A stretch of DNA of 35,725 nucleotides from a virus (Duplodnaviria; Caudoviricetes): positions 1 through 35,725 of IMG/VR virus record IMGVR_UViG_3300033987_000045; one strand, 5' to 3'. How positions within the stretch are numbered: position 1 is the first letter of the stretch; each line of letters starts with the position of its first letter. Positions 15,436 through 24,917 of this stretch are shown in pieces. The notes under the pieces are model-generated. The model was not told the origin of the DNA. It was given only the letters and a program-made list of their open reading frames with translations, and searched no databases. The translations under genes and the position numbers were made by a program.

Positions 15436-17466
15436 GTGAAAGATAGAATTCAATCTCTCCGCGCTGGCCTCGGGCTGGTCGGTGCGGGGTTTCAAGTAAT
15501 GATGGCTAGTAAGGCTCCAGGAACGTTCTTGTCACAAGTCTGGGAGGCCATACAGGCCCGGTGGGGCGAGCCGCCCAAGCGCAACTCCAAACAATGGCTG
15601 GAGATGTATGGGAAAAACCCACGCTTAAGGCCGGTCTATAAGATTGCCAAGGACGTAGCGGCGTCCCAGTGGCATCTTTATGTGGAGCGGGGCAAAGAAA
15701 AAGTCGAGCTACAGGACCACCCTCTGATTAGACTGCTGGAGAGGCCCAATCCTCGAATGACCGGAAACGCCTTGATGTATCTTACACAGGTTTACTTGAG
15801 CTTGCGCGGTGAAGCCTTTTGGCTGCAGGAAAGGAATGGACTAGGTAGCCCATCTGAACTATGGCCCATTCCTCCCTATTGGGTCGTCGAAACGCCGACC
15901 ATGAACAAACCTTATTACCGAGTTGATTTTCACAACGGCTCACAAGTCCTGGTGCCTGCGGAGGACATCATTATGCTTGTCGAGCCCGACCCAGTGAACC
16001 CATACGGTCGGGGCCTGGGGTCAGCCGAAGGTATCGGAGACGAGATTGAGACCGATGAGTACATGGCGAAGTGGGCAAAGAGGTTTTTCTGGAATAATGC
16101 CACTCCTCCTGTTGTATTTGAAGCACCAAACATCCAGAAGGAACAAGCAGAGCGCATCAAGGAGGAATGGATGGAGCGGTATGCCGGTTATTGGAACGCA
16201 CACAAACCAGCCATTCTGCCATGGGAGGCAAAAATCCACGAACTGGGCAAAGGCCAGAAGGAAATGGATTTCGTGGAGTCCAGGAGGTATATCCGTGACA
16301 CGGCCATGCAGCACTTCATGATTCCACCTGAGCTGATGGGGGTAATTGAAAACTCTAACAGAGCCACTATCGATGCAGCTTATTACATTTACGCGGCAAA
16401 CGTTTTAAAGCCATGCTTGGACCTCATCCAGGAGCATATACAAGTTTTCCTGGTGCCCCAATTCGACGATAAGTTGATTTTTGAGTTTGATGACCCTGTA
16501 CCAGCAAATAAAGAATTCCGCCTACAGCAGGCTAATGACGGCCTCAAGCAGGGCGCCCTTACCGTGGATGAATGGCGCGAGCGCAACGGCTTTGACCGCC
16601 TGGAAGAAGGCGGCGATGTCATTTATGTGCCTATTGGGTCGGTGCCCACGCCAGTCAAACAGGTAAAGGGTAGACTCAAAGGAAAGATGACCAGGGGGCT
16701 GACGCCCGAGCAGAAAACCGCTATTTGGTGGATGTTCGATAAAGCAGCCAGAAGCCAAGAGAGCAACCTGCAGCGGGCCCTGAAGCGGTATTTTCAAGCC
16801 CAGCAGGACGAAATTACCCGCAACCTTGAGGAACTGCTGGGAGAAAAGGCAAAGGCTGTGTATAAGGATGTGGATAATCTTCTGCAGTTGTTAGCTAATT
16901 GGCAGGAGCAATATCAAGCACTGCTGGATTTGCTGCGGCAGTTTTGGGATGCATCCGCCCGGGATGGCTGGCAGGCTGTTCAGGATATCTTTGACCTTCC
17001 GGTTAGTTACGAGCTAATTAATCCCAGGGTGGTTCAGTGGATGGAGACCAACGGTGCCGAGAAGGTTAAAGACATTACCGAGACTACCAAGCGGGCACTC
17101 GCCCAAACCCTGGCCGAAGGCATAGCCCAGGGGGATGGCGTTGCAAAGCTACGGGATAGGGTTTCGGAGGTATTCCGCCAGGCAAAAGTGGTCCGGGCCG
17201 AGACCATTGCCAGAACAGAGACGCACAACGCTGTAAGCATTGGCACCTTTGAGACCTACCGAGCTGGCCGGGTGGAGCAAAAAGAATGGCTGGCCACCCG
17301 CGATTCCAGGGTGCGGGACAGCCATATCTCCATTGACCGGGAGGTGAGGCCTATCGACCAGCCGTTTTCAAACGGTTTGATGTATCCTGGGGCGCCTGGA
17401 CCGCCCGGGGAGGTCATCAACTGCAGGTGTGCACTGTTACCGGTCATTGAAGGCGTAGAGGATTGA
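15436..17466 (+). CDS. Portal protein fused to a MuF/SPP1 gp7-like minor head protein
   Basis: Portal motifs (LLERPNP, LRGEAF, GRGLG, FFWNNATP, LTVDEWR) continue without a stop into RAETIARTET..KEWLATRDSRVRDSH..NCRC; start uncertain (GTG 15436 chosen). Confidence 0.88.
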   Translation: MKDRIQSLRAGLGLVGAGFQVMMASKAPGTFLSQVWEAIQARWGEPPKRNSKQWLEMYGKNPRLRPVYKIAKDVAASQWHLYVERGKEKVELQDHPLIRLLERPNPRMTGNALMYLTQVYLSLRGEAFWLQERNGLGSPSELWPIPPYWVVETPTMNKPYYRVDFHNGSQVLVPAEDIIMLVEPDPVNPYGRGLGSAEGIGDEIETDEYMAKWAKRFFWNNATPPVVFEAPNIQKEQAERIKEEWMERYAGYWNAHKPAILPWEAKIHELGKGQKEMDFVESRRYIRDTAMQHFMIPPELMGVIENSNRATIDAAYYIYAANVLKPCLDLIQEHIQVFLVPQFDDKLIFEFDDPVPANKEFRLQQANDGLKQGALTVDEWRERNGFDRLEEGGDVIYVPIGSVPTPVKQVKGRLKGKMTRGLTPEQKTAIWWMFDKAARSQESNLQRALKRYFQAQQDEITRNLEELLGEKAKAVYKDVDNLLQLLANWQEQYQALLDLLRQFWDASARDGWQAVQDIFDLPVSYELINPRVVQWMETNGAEKVKDITETTKRALAQTLAEGIAQGDGVAKLRDRVSEVFRQAKVVRAETIARTETHNAVSIGTFETYRAGRVEQKEWLATRDSRVRDSHISIDREVRPIDQPFSNGLMYPGAPGPPGEVINCRCALLPVIEGVED

Positions 17467-17478
17467 GGAGGTGATAAC

Positions 17479-18768
17479 GTGGACCTAAAACTTAAAGCGT
17501 TACCAATCAGCATCAAGCAAGGCGACAAAGACACTTTAGTTTTTACGATTAGCACCAGAACACAGGATAGAGACGAGGATATTTTGGAACCCAGCGGTTG
17601 CCGCCTTGACAACTACATGAAAAACCCTGTTGTGCTGTTTGCTCATGACTATAGAAGCCTTCCCATCGGCAGAAGCAAATCTGTTTCCGTGACAGCCGAC
17701 GCAGTGGTGGCTGAAGTAGAATTTGCGCCCACCCAGATGGGACAGGAAGTCAAACAGCTGTGCCAGGCAGGGTTCCTTAAGGCAGCATCTGTAGGGTTTA
17801 TCCCGCTTAAATATGAGCCGATAGGCGACAATTCCTGGGGCCACCGAATTTATGAATGGGAGCTGCTCGAGTGGAGCATTGTGCCGGTGCCATCTAACCC
17901 CACTGCTCTTATTAGCGAGGCAAAAGCCAAAGGCCTGAAGGTAGCGGCCATTGAGGAAGCCTTGGAGAAAGGGGTCATCAGTTATGGGCAGGCGCATCCT
18001 GATGGGACGCCAAAGGCTCCAGAAGATGAGAATTGGGACGGCGCTGCCGAGGTAGCAGCTGCCGACGTGGATGACCTTAAGGTAATGTGTGCTTGGGTAG
18101 ATAGTGAAAATGCCGAGAACAAAGGTGCTTATAAATTACCCCATCATAAGGCATCCGGTAACCATGCGGTGGTGTGGCGTGGGGTTGTCGCTGCCATGTC
18201 CTCCCTGTTGGGTGCCCGCGGCGGAGTAGATATTCCTGACGGCGACCGCAAGGCGGTATATAACCACCTAGCAAAGCATTACGCGGAGTTTGATAAAGAG
18301 CCACCGGAATTTCGCAGCACCGATGAAATTATCTCCGTTTATGCTGAAGGCAAGCCGAAGGCCCAAGCGGAACCTGGCCAGAAAGCCGGGGCGGTATTGA
18401 GCACTAAAAATAAGGACCGACTTACCCAAGCCCGGGACTTGATTAACGAGGTGCTGGCCGAGGCTGGCGAGGGCCAGGACGACGAGCCTAAAGGTATTTT
18501 TGTAAGGGTTGCGGCGGACCAGGTTGTTGACCAGGCCGGCCTTGCTGAGACAGTAGCCGGCGAGATTGCTAAGCACCTTAAAGACGTATTATCAAAGCCC
18601 CAGGACAGTGCACCTGTGGTGATTGACCTGGATGCTATACAGCTACCTGCGGCGGCCAAAGCCGATGACCAGGAACTAAATATCGAACCCGAGATGCTGA
18701 AAGATCTGCTGAAAAACGTGGTCAAGGAAGAATTGGACCGTGTTCGCGGGAAAGTCAACATTTTTTGA
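17479..18768 (+). CDS. HK97-type prohead protease with long C-terminal extension
   Basis: DRDEDI, NPVVLFAHD, PIG, SVGF, ELLEWSIVPVPSNP motifs; GGAGGTG RBS. Confidence 0.9.
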   Translation: MDLKLKALPISIKQGDKDTLVFTISTRTQDRDEDILEPSGCRLDNYMKNPVVLFAHDYRSLPIGRSKSVSVTADAVVAEVEFAPTQMGQEVKQLCQAGFLKAASVGFIPLKYEPIGDNSWGHRIYEWELLEWSIVPVPSNPTALISEAKAKGLKVAAIEEALEKGVISYGQAHPDGTPKAPEDENWDGAAEVAAADVDDLKVMCAWVDSENAENKGAYKLPHHKASGNHAVVWRGVVAAMSSLLGARGGVDIPDGDRKAVYNHLAKHYAEFDKEPPEFRSTDEIISVYAEGKPKAQAEPGQKAGAVLSTKNKDRLTQARDLINEVLAEAGEGQDDEPKGIFVRVAADQVVDQAGLAETVAGEIAKHLKDVLSKPQDSAPVVIDLDAIQLPAAAKADDQELNIEPEMLKDLLKNVVKEELDRVRGKVNIF

Positions 18769-18783
18769 AAGGAGATGTAAACC

Positions 18784-19923
18784 ATGACTTTAGAGGAATT
18801 GAAAGCCCTTATGAAAGAGACTGTGCAAGCAGAGCTGGCTCCTGTGTTGGAGACTCAGCGGAAATATGCCCACTTGCTGGATGGTAATGGACAACAGCAA
18901 ACACAACCCAAAGAGTTGGAACCGGGTATCAGATTGGCCCGCTTTGCAAAGGTTATGGCTCTTGCCAAGAACGATGTAGAGCGTGCGGCCAAAATTGCTA
19001 AAACCATGTATGATGACCCTGTGTTGATTAAGGCCTTGGGCGAAGGCACCCCCTCTGACGGCGGTTACCTGGTGCCTGAAGGGTTTAGCCAGGAGATTAT
19101 TCCTTTGCTCCAGGCACAGGCAGTTATCCGCAAAATTGGCGCCCGCGTTGTACCCATGAGTGGAAACGTTATGAACATGCCGCGTCAGACCGCCGCGAGC
19201 ATGGCCAGCTACATCGGCGAGAATACCAATATCCAAGTGAGCCAGCCGGCATTCGGCAACCTGAAGCTGTCTGCTAAAAAGCTGGCTGCCCTGGTGCCCA
19301 TTAGCAATGACCTTATTCGCGATGCCAGCACCCAGGCGGACCAATTCGTCCGTGATGATATAATTACCGCTTTAGCTCTCAAGGGTGACTGGGCGGCCCT
19401 CTATGGAACCGGAACTGGTGACGAGCCTCTCGGGCTGAAGAATACGCCGGACGTTGAAATTCGTTCCGTTGGAGCCGCTGTGGATGGCGATATCCTGGCA
19501 TCCGTAGTTGGTACTCTCATGCAGGCAAACGTGGCTTTCCTGCGTCCAGGCTGGATTTTCAACGGGATTATGTGGAGCAAGATTTACAATCTCAAAACTG
19601 CCACTGGCCAGTATCTGTTCCGTGAGGAAATGAACCAGGGCAAGCTCCTTGGATATCCATATCAGGTCAGCAACCAGATTCCGGTGGCAAACGACGCCAA
19701 CAAAACTACAGATGTTTTCTTCGGGGACTGGGCAGAGTTCATGATCGGCGAGAATATGAGGATTGCTGTAGATGCATCGACCGAGGCTGCTTATGTGGTT
19801 GGTGGCAACCTGGTTTCCGCCTACTCGCTTGACCAGACCATCATCCGTGCTATTGAGCGGCATGACTTCGGAGCAAGGCAACCAAAGGCCTTTATCGTGC
19901 TGACCGATGTTTATACCGCTTAA
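18784..19923 (+). CDS. HK97-fold major capsid protein
   Basis: DGGYLVP, KKLAALVPISNDLIRD, LLGYPY, FFGDW, RAIERHD motifs. Confidence 0.95.
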   Translation: MTLEELKALMKETVQAELAPVLETQRKYAHLLDGNGQQQTQPKELEPGIRLARFAKVMALAKNDVERAAKIAKTMYDDPVLIKALGEGTPSDGGYLVPEGFSQEIIPLLQAQAVIRKIGARVVPMSGNVMNMPRQTAASMASYIGENTNIQVSQPAFGNLKLSAKKLAALVPISNDLIRDASTQADQFVRDDIITALALKGDWAALYGTGTGDEPLGLKNTPDVEIRSVGAAVDGDILASVVGTLMQANVAFLRPGWIFNGIMWSKIYNLKTATGQYLFREEMNQGKLLGYPYQVSNQIPVANDANKTTDVFFGDWAEFMIGENMRIAVDASTEAAYVVGGNLVSAYSLDQTIIRAIERHDFGARQPKAFIVLTDVYTA

Positions 19924-19940
19924 GGCAAGGAGGGATTAAG

Positions 19941-20339
19941 GTGAGCTTAAGACTACATCAGGGCATCAAGTTCCAACCTGCTATCCGGCCTCAGACGGCT
20001 GCTGCCGGGACCATCAACGGCCTGGCCATTGACCGCCTGGGTTTTGAGGATGCAGCATTGATTGTGTCCGTGGGAGCCGTCACTGGAGCTCCTACCGCTC
20101 AGACAGTAGATGTGAAGGTCCAGGATAGCGCCGACGGGACCACATGGGCCGATGTGGAAGGACTGGCTGTCGAGCAAATAACTGCAGGAGACACCTATAA
20201 GGAACTGGGCATCAACCTATCTCCCCTGCGACGCTACATCCGGGCGGTGGCCACCGTAGCCTTCACCGGGGGTACTGCTCCCACTATTCAGTTGGCTACG
20301 GATATTGCCCTGGGCAAGAACCGGGTGGAGCCGGTCTAA
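19941..20339 (+). CDS. Beta-rich virion protein, possible capsid decoration
   Basis: Directly after the capsid gene; IDRLGF, VQDSADGTTW, RRYIR. Confidence 0.6.
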   Translation: MSLRLHQGIKFQPAIRPQTAAAGTINGLAIDRLGFEDAALIVSVGAVTGAPTAQTVDVKVQDSADGTTWADVEGLAVEQITAGDTYKELGINLSPLRRYIRAVATVAFTGGTAPTIQLATDIALGKNRVEPV

Positions 20340-20563
20340 TGCCGGTAAAAGTAAAAGTTAAACCGAGCCGGTCGCTTTACTATGGCGGCCGGCTTTATAC
20401 CAGCGGAGACGAATTCAATGCAGGGGAGGATTTCGACCGCTGGCAGCATGTGGATCGTTTAAACAAGGAGGCCGATGATGTGAAAACCGACGTACAGGCA
20501 AGAGCTCCAAAGGCCCCGCCTGCTGATAAGGCTATCAAAGGCGGTCAGGTCAGAAAGAAGTGA
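20339..20563 (+). CDS. Small head-region protein
   Basis: TAATG coupling; position between capsid and connector genes. Confidence 0.65.
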   Translation: MPVKVKVKPSRSLYYGGRLYTSGDEFNAGEDFDRWQHVDRLNKEADDVKTDVQARAPKAPPADKAIKGGQVRKK

Positions 20564-20568
20564 TGTGA

Positions 20569-21201
20569 ATGGCGCTTTCTGTGCATGCCTTGACCACACT
20601 TGCGGCGGTCAAGGATTTCCTAAAAATTGAGATTGATGATAACCAGTACGACACCCTTTTGGAGCGCATGATTAACGCAGCCTCGGAGGCAATAGAGGGA
20701 TATTGCAACCGACATTTTGAGCGCGGGGTTTATGATGAGCTGTATCGCGGCAACGGGCGGCAGTTACTCGGCCTGAACCAATATCCTGTGCAGGCCGTTA
20801 CATTGGTGGAAGCAAACGGGGCCCGAATAACGGACTACCAGGTTTACAAGGAAGAAGGAATGCTCTATCGATTGGCTTTATGGCCAGCCGGAGCATATTT
20901 TACCGGTCTTGTTGGTGACCCGGTTGGCTCCACTCGGAACATTCGAGTGGTATACGAGGCAGGCTATGTTTTACCCAAGGACGAGGATCTGCAGGCATCT
21001 CCCCCTATCATACGCACATTGCCTTACGATTTGGAGGATGCATGTATTGAGTTGGTAGCCCTGAAATTCAACCAGCGCCAGGAAGAAGCGGCCGGCAAGG
21101 TCACCAGGGCACAAGCTGACTACCAGACTACCTACCAGCAGGATATCCCTCCTCGCCTTCGCCAGGTGCTGGATAGGCATCGCAGACTGGTGGTGGTGTG
21201 A
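20569..21201 (+). CDS. Head-tail connector (gp6/gp15-like adaptor)
   Basis: LTTLAAVKDFLKI..D.LLERMINAASEAIEGYCNRHF; YEAGY; LPYDLEDACIELV. Confidence 0.85.
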   Translation: MALSVHALTTLAAVKDFLKIEIDDNQYDTLLERMINAASEAIEGYCNRHFERGVYDELYRGNGRQLLGLNQYPVQAVTLVEANGARITDYQVYKEEGMLYRLALWPAGAYFTGLVGDPVGSTRNIRVVYEAGYVLPKDEDLQASPPIIRTLPYDLEDACIELVALKFNQRQEEAAGKVTRAQADYQTTYQQDIPPRLRQVLDRHRRLVVV

Positions 21202-21674
21202 TGCAGTTTAAGGACTTGAACAAACTAGATGGCCTGCCGGAATACCTTTTGCTGCAATTCGCCAAGGCCGGGGAGCGCAAGATGAAGCTGCTTACACCAG
21301 TGGACAGGGGCCGCTTGCGTTCCAGCATCGGTTATGTTCGGGTGGGCGATGAAATCCAGATTGGCTCTAATGTCGAGTATGCTCCCTATATTTTGAGCGA
21401 TGCCGAGCCATACATCATCAGGGTTAAGCAAGCGCGGGCCCTGGCATGGGTGGTTTATCCCGGCAAGGGGTCAAAAAAGACTAGACCTGCTTCAGACGAT
21501 GCACAAGGTTGGCGCCGCCTCAGGAAGCGGGGTTTAGCCGCTTACGCAAAGTGGGTTAGACACCCTGGTGGCCGCAAAGTAATCAGTCGGACAGCTGAAT
21601 GGCTGGCCCAACAGCAGGATAAAATTGCCGTCAGCGCCATCAGGGAATATATGAAAGGGGTGTCAACTGAATGA
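21198..21674 (+). CDS. HK97 gp10-like neck/tail-completion protein
   Basis: TPVDRGRLRSSI..GSNVEYAPY motif. Confidence 0.75.
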   Translation: MMQFKDLNKLDGLPEYLLLQFAKAGERKMKLLTPVDRGRLRSSIGYVRVGDEIQIGSNVEYAPYILSDAEPYIIRVKQARALAWVVYPGKGSKKTRPASDDAQGWRRLRKRGLAAYAKWVRHPGGRKVISRTAEWLAQQQDKIAVSAIREYMKGVSTE

Positions 21675-22180
21675 GCTACCCCAGTTATCAGGCTATGGTA
21701 GAGGGAACGCTTGACGCACTGGTAGCACGACTGCAGACGGTCCAGGAATTAAAAACGGTGGCCATCACAGAGCCAGGGAAATTGGATGTAGGCAGGATGC
21801 CTGCCGCATATGTAATGCTGGATAAGGACGTAATTAAGCGCGGGACCAGGTTCCTCGAGGAACACACCCTGACTGTAGTGGTATCAGTTATTCGGACGGT
21901 ACGCGGAACAGCTCACGGGGATGTGGAGCTGGTCCGGGGATTTCAGGACGGTGTGGCCTTGGTGGGCGCTTGTTATGATGCCCTGGCAACCGACAGAACC
22001 CTGTCTGGAACTGTGAAAGACCTGACCATTACGTCGGTCGAGTACGGTCGGACACCTCTGGATGTTGGCGTGGTGTTTTGGGGTGAGCTGCAGATGGATA
22101 TTCAGACGGCATATGCCCCTGGCCAGCCCACCGAAGGCACGCTTATGCAAAAAGTCACCAGTGCGGGTCAGATACGTTAA
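21671..22180 (+). CDS. Probable tail terminator/completion protein
   Basis: Synteny before the sheath gene; DRTLSGTV motif. Confidence 0.6.
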   Translation: MSYPSYQAMVEGTLDALVARLQTVQELKTVAITEPGKLDVGRMPAAYVMLDKDVIKRGTRFLEEHTLTVVVSVIRTVRGTAHGDVELVRGFQDGVALVGACYDALATDRTLSGTVKDLTITSVEYGRTPLDVGVVFWGELQMDIQTAYAPGQPTEGTLMQKVTSAGQIR

Positions 22181-22195
22181 TGGAGGTGAATAACA

Positions 22196-22405
22196 GTGCC
22201 TAAGGACAAAGACAAAGTGGAAGAAGTGAACGCCCCGGTCGCGAGCACACACCCGCGAGCGGAGCTTATAGCAAATTCGCAGGCCATCTTCGGGGTTATG
22301 CCGGAGGTGGTCATTGGTGCTTTGCACGGCAATAATGCCGAAGAACTAACGGTGGTCGAAGTCAAGAAGGCCATCGAGGACTTTTTGAAAAGGAAGGTGA
22401 GCTAA
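22196..22405 (+). CDS. YqzN/YkzM-like small protein
   Basis: IFGVMPEVVIGAL..TVVEVKKAIEDFLKRKV just upstream of the sheath gene; GGAGGTG RBS. Confidence 0.65.
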   Translation: MPKDKDKVEEVNAPVASTHPRAELIANSQAIFGVMPEVVIGALHGNNAEELTVVEVKKAIEDFLKRKVS

Positions 22406-23854
22406 ATGGCAGGCGGAACTTGGAGCCCAACGGAAGCGAAAGTCAGACCTGGCTTTTACATGAATTTTGTGGCCGCTGCTCTGGCTGCTATCCAACCCGG
22501 AGCGCGGGGCATTGTGGCCATCCCTGTCAAGGCTAACTGGGGACCGGCCAAACAGATTGTAGAGATAACAGATGAAAAAGGCTTGATTGACACCTACGGT
22601 GTGGATGTGGATGGCGGCTTCACTGCCTATAATTCCATCCGGTTAGCCCTTTTGGGCGGAGCAAAAACTGTCCTGGGATACAGAGTGGTAGATAGTGCTG
22701 CGGCAAAAGCCTCCATCACCCTGAAAGATACCGCAGGAACTCCGGCTAATATTCTAACTTTGACCACGAAATATGAGACAGCCAGACCGTTTAAGGTTAC
22801 GGTAAGGGATAACGCCGTAGACCCCACCAACAAACAGGATATCGTTCTCTACGAAGATGCCAAGCAGCTTTATGTGTTTACCTTTGCCAAGGGCGCCGGT
22901 GTGGTGGATAATGCGGTCGCGGCCATCAATAATGATGCAAACAACAAGTGGATAACCGCCACTAAGGTAGCCGATGGAAATAACACCATCGCTAACGTGA
23001 CCAGCCAGGCCCTTACGGGCGGCAACGCCGGGGTGGGCGGTATTACGAACACCGACTATGTGGATGCTATGTCCGCTTTTGAGACCAGGCGCTTTAACTT
23101 CTTTGCCCTCGACGGTGCTACTGATGCCAGCCTTCAGACCTCGGTCAAGGCATGGATTGAGCGCCTTCGTAGCGAGGGCAAGGGTGTGGTCGCTGTTATG
23201 GGTGGCTCTGTAACTGATGACCAGACACCAGCTACAGCAAATAGCCGCTCCACAGGCTTTAATTACGAGGGCGTGATTAATGTCGGTGTAAGTGGCATCA
23301 TGGACGGCGTCACCTATTCCAGTGCTCAAGTAGCATGCTGGGTGGCTGGGAAGGCTGCAGGCCAGGCATTGAGCGAAAGCCTGACCTATGCCGTCACGCC
23401 TTTCGATGATGTCACCCCAAGACTGACCCATAATCAGGTTGTGGCAGGGCTACAGGCAGGAACGCTGTTGCTGGTCCACGACGGCGAGAAAGTAATTGTG
23501 GAACAGGGCATCAATACCCTGACCTCCCTCCGCCAGGGCCAGAACAACCAGTGGAAGAAGATCCGGGCCATCAGAGTCATGGACGCAATCAATGATGACC
23601 TGCTCAAGACGGCCCAGGACAACTATATCGGTAAAGTCAATAACAACGATGACGGCAAGGTGGCTTTAATCAGCGCCTGCAAGCAGTATATGGAGACACT
23701 GGTCAATGGTGGACTAATCGAGAAGGACTTCTCTGTTTACCTTGACCCGGATTATCATCCCGCCCTGGCTGCTCCTGACGAGGTATACATCAAATGGGAT
23801 GCCAGGATTGTGGACAGTATGGAGAAAATATTCGGGACCTTTGTGGTGCACTAA
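22406..23854 (+). CDS. xkdK: Tail sheath protein (XkdK-like)
   Basis: MAGGTW..KVRPGFYMNF, RGIVAIP..WGP, VEQGINTLT, KKIRAIRVMDAI, DSMEKI. Confidence 0.93.
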   Translation: MAGGTWSPTEAKVRPGFYMNFVAAALAAIQPGARGIVAIPVKANWGPAKQIVEITDEKGLIDTYGVDVDGGFTAYNSIRLALLGGAKTVLGYRVVDSAAAKASITLKDTAGTPANILTLTTKYETARPFKVTVRDNAVDPTNKQDIVLYEDAKQLYVFTFAKGAGVVDNAVAAINNDANNKWITATKVADGNNTIANVTSQALTGGNAGVGGITNTDYVDAMSAFETRRFNFFALDGATDASLQTSVKAWIERLRSEGKGVVAVMGGSVTDDQTPATANSRSTGFNYEGVINVGVSGIMDGVTYSSAQVACWVAGKAAGQALSESLTYAVTPFDDVTPRLTHNQVVAGLQAGTLLLVHDGEKVIVEQGINTLTSLRQGQNNQWKKIRAIRVMDAINDDLLKTAQDNYIGKVNNNDDGKVALISACKQYMETLVNGGLIEKDFSVYLDPDYHPALAAPDEVYIKWDARIVDSMEKIFGTFVVH

Positions 23855-23867
23855 GGAGGTGGCATAG

Positions 23868-24308
23868 ATGCCTGAACTGGATGTTAGTCGCGTAATCAAT
23901 GGCACATATGGTGAGGTATGGATGGACGGAAAGTGGTTGAGCAACTTCAACCATTTAGAGGCAAACGTTGAAATCCAGAAAGCCGAGCTGAAAATATCCG
24001 GCAACCGCTGGACCAAACGTAAAGTTACCGGGCTAAATGGCACGGGCACCATTTCTGGTTTCAAGGTCACCAGCGAGCTGATTCAGCTTAACACACCAAT
24101 GGCAGACAGCGCCAATCCCGCAGTAAGGGTTGAAATCATCAGCAAGCTGGCCGACCCGGAAGCATATGGATATGAGCGCATCAGGCTGAAATACGTCATG
24201 TTCGACCGTATTCAACTGGCTAACTGGACAGCTGGTGAGACGGTCAATGAGGAATGGCCATTTACATTCGAGGACTACGAGCTTCTCGATCCGATTGTCC
24301 AGAGTTAA
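23868..24308 (+). CDS. xkdM: Tail tube protein (XkdM-like)
   Basis: RVINGTYGEVW.DG, GTGTISGFKVTS, SKLADPEA.G.ER, EWPFTFEDYE. Confidence 0.92.
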   Translation: MPELDVSRVINGTYGEVWMDGKWLSNFNHLEANVEIQKAELKISGNRWTKRKVTGLNGTGTISGFKVTSELIQLNTPMADSANPAVRVEIISKLADPEAYGYERIRLKYVMFDRIQLANWTAGETVNEEWPFTFEDYELLDPIVQS

Positions 24309-24322
24309 AGGGGGAGTAAATC

Positions 24323-24730
24323 ATGGATACAAATAAACCCATGACCGAAGAGGAAATCCTTGAACGTCTACTGGATGCGGACCGGGTACCGGAGAGAACA
24401 GTCAAAATCGAGCGCCTGGGCATTCCGGTAACAATCCGGGGCTTAACCGGTAAAGCAGTATTTCAAATTCGCGAGCAGTGCACTCATCGCACCAATAAAC
24501 GTGGTCAAACCATCGAGACCCTGGACGAGGAGCAGTTTAATTGTCGCCTAATAGCTGCGGCCACGGTATCACCTAAGTGGGACCACCCTCGCCTTCTCGA
24601 GAAGTACAATGCCAGCGGTGCGGAGGAAGTTGTGAAACGCATCTTGCTGGCCGGTGAGCTGGCTGCTTTGGGTGATGCTGTATTGGATATTTCCGGCTTC
24701 AATGAGGAGCTGGAAGAAGTAAAAAACTAA
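24323..24730 (+). CDS. xkdN: Tail assembly chaperone (XkdN-like)
   Basis: Between tube and tape measure genes; LLAGEL..L..VLDISGF; ends EVKN on a slippery heptamer. Confidence 0.88.
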   Translation: MDTNKPMTEEEILERLLDADRVPERTVKIERLGIPVTIRGLTGKAVFQIREQCTHRTNKRGQTIETLDEEQFNCRLIAAATVSPKWDHPRLLEKYNASGAEEVVKRILLAGELAALGDAVLDISGFNEELEEVKN

Positions 24731-24912
24731 TCAAATCGGGCGGGTTGGCTCACCTGGTGCATCAGATTTTTCAGCGCACGGGCCTCCCGCCTGATGAATT
24801 TTGGGCAAAGCCGCGGGGTGCTCAACTGTTCATGCTTGCAAGCACCCAAATTGTTCTTGAGGAAGAACGCCGGCGCGAGAAAGCGCTTGAGGCCCTGACA
24901 CAAAGGAGGTGA
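24721..24912 (+). CDS. -1 frameshift extension of the tail chaperone (G/GT-type), not in ORF track
   Basis: A-AAA-AAC at 24721-24727; the -1 frame is open for 63 codons (KKLIKSGGLAHLVHQIFQRTGLPPDEFWAKPRGAQLFMLAS...) to TGA 24910-24912. Confidence 0.85.
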   Translation, partial: KKLIKSGGLAHLVHQIFQRTGLPPDEFWAKPRGAQLFMLASTQIVLEEERRREKALEALTQRR

Positions 24913-24917
24913 ACGGG

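Noticed and set aside
15431-15439. ATG GGG TGA after an RBS-like sequence as a frameshift inactivating the portal gene
   Set aside because: An in-frame GTG at 15436 and later ATGs provide usable starts; cannot be called without reads.
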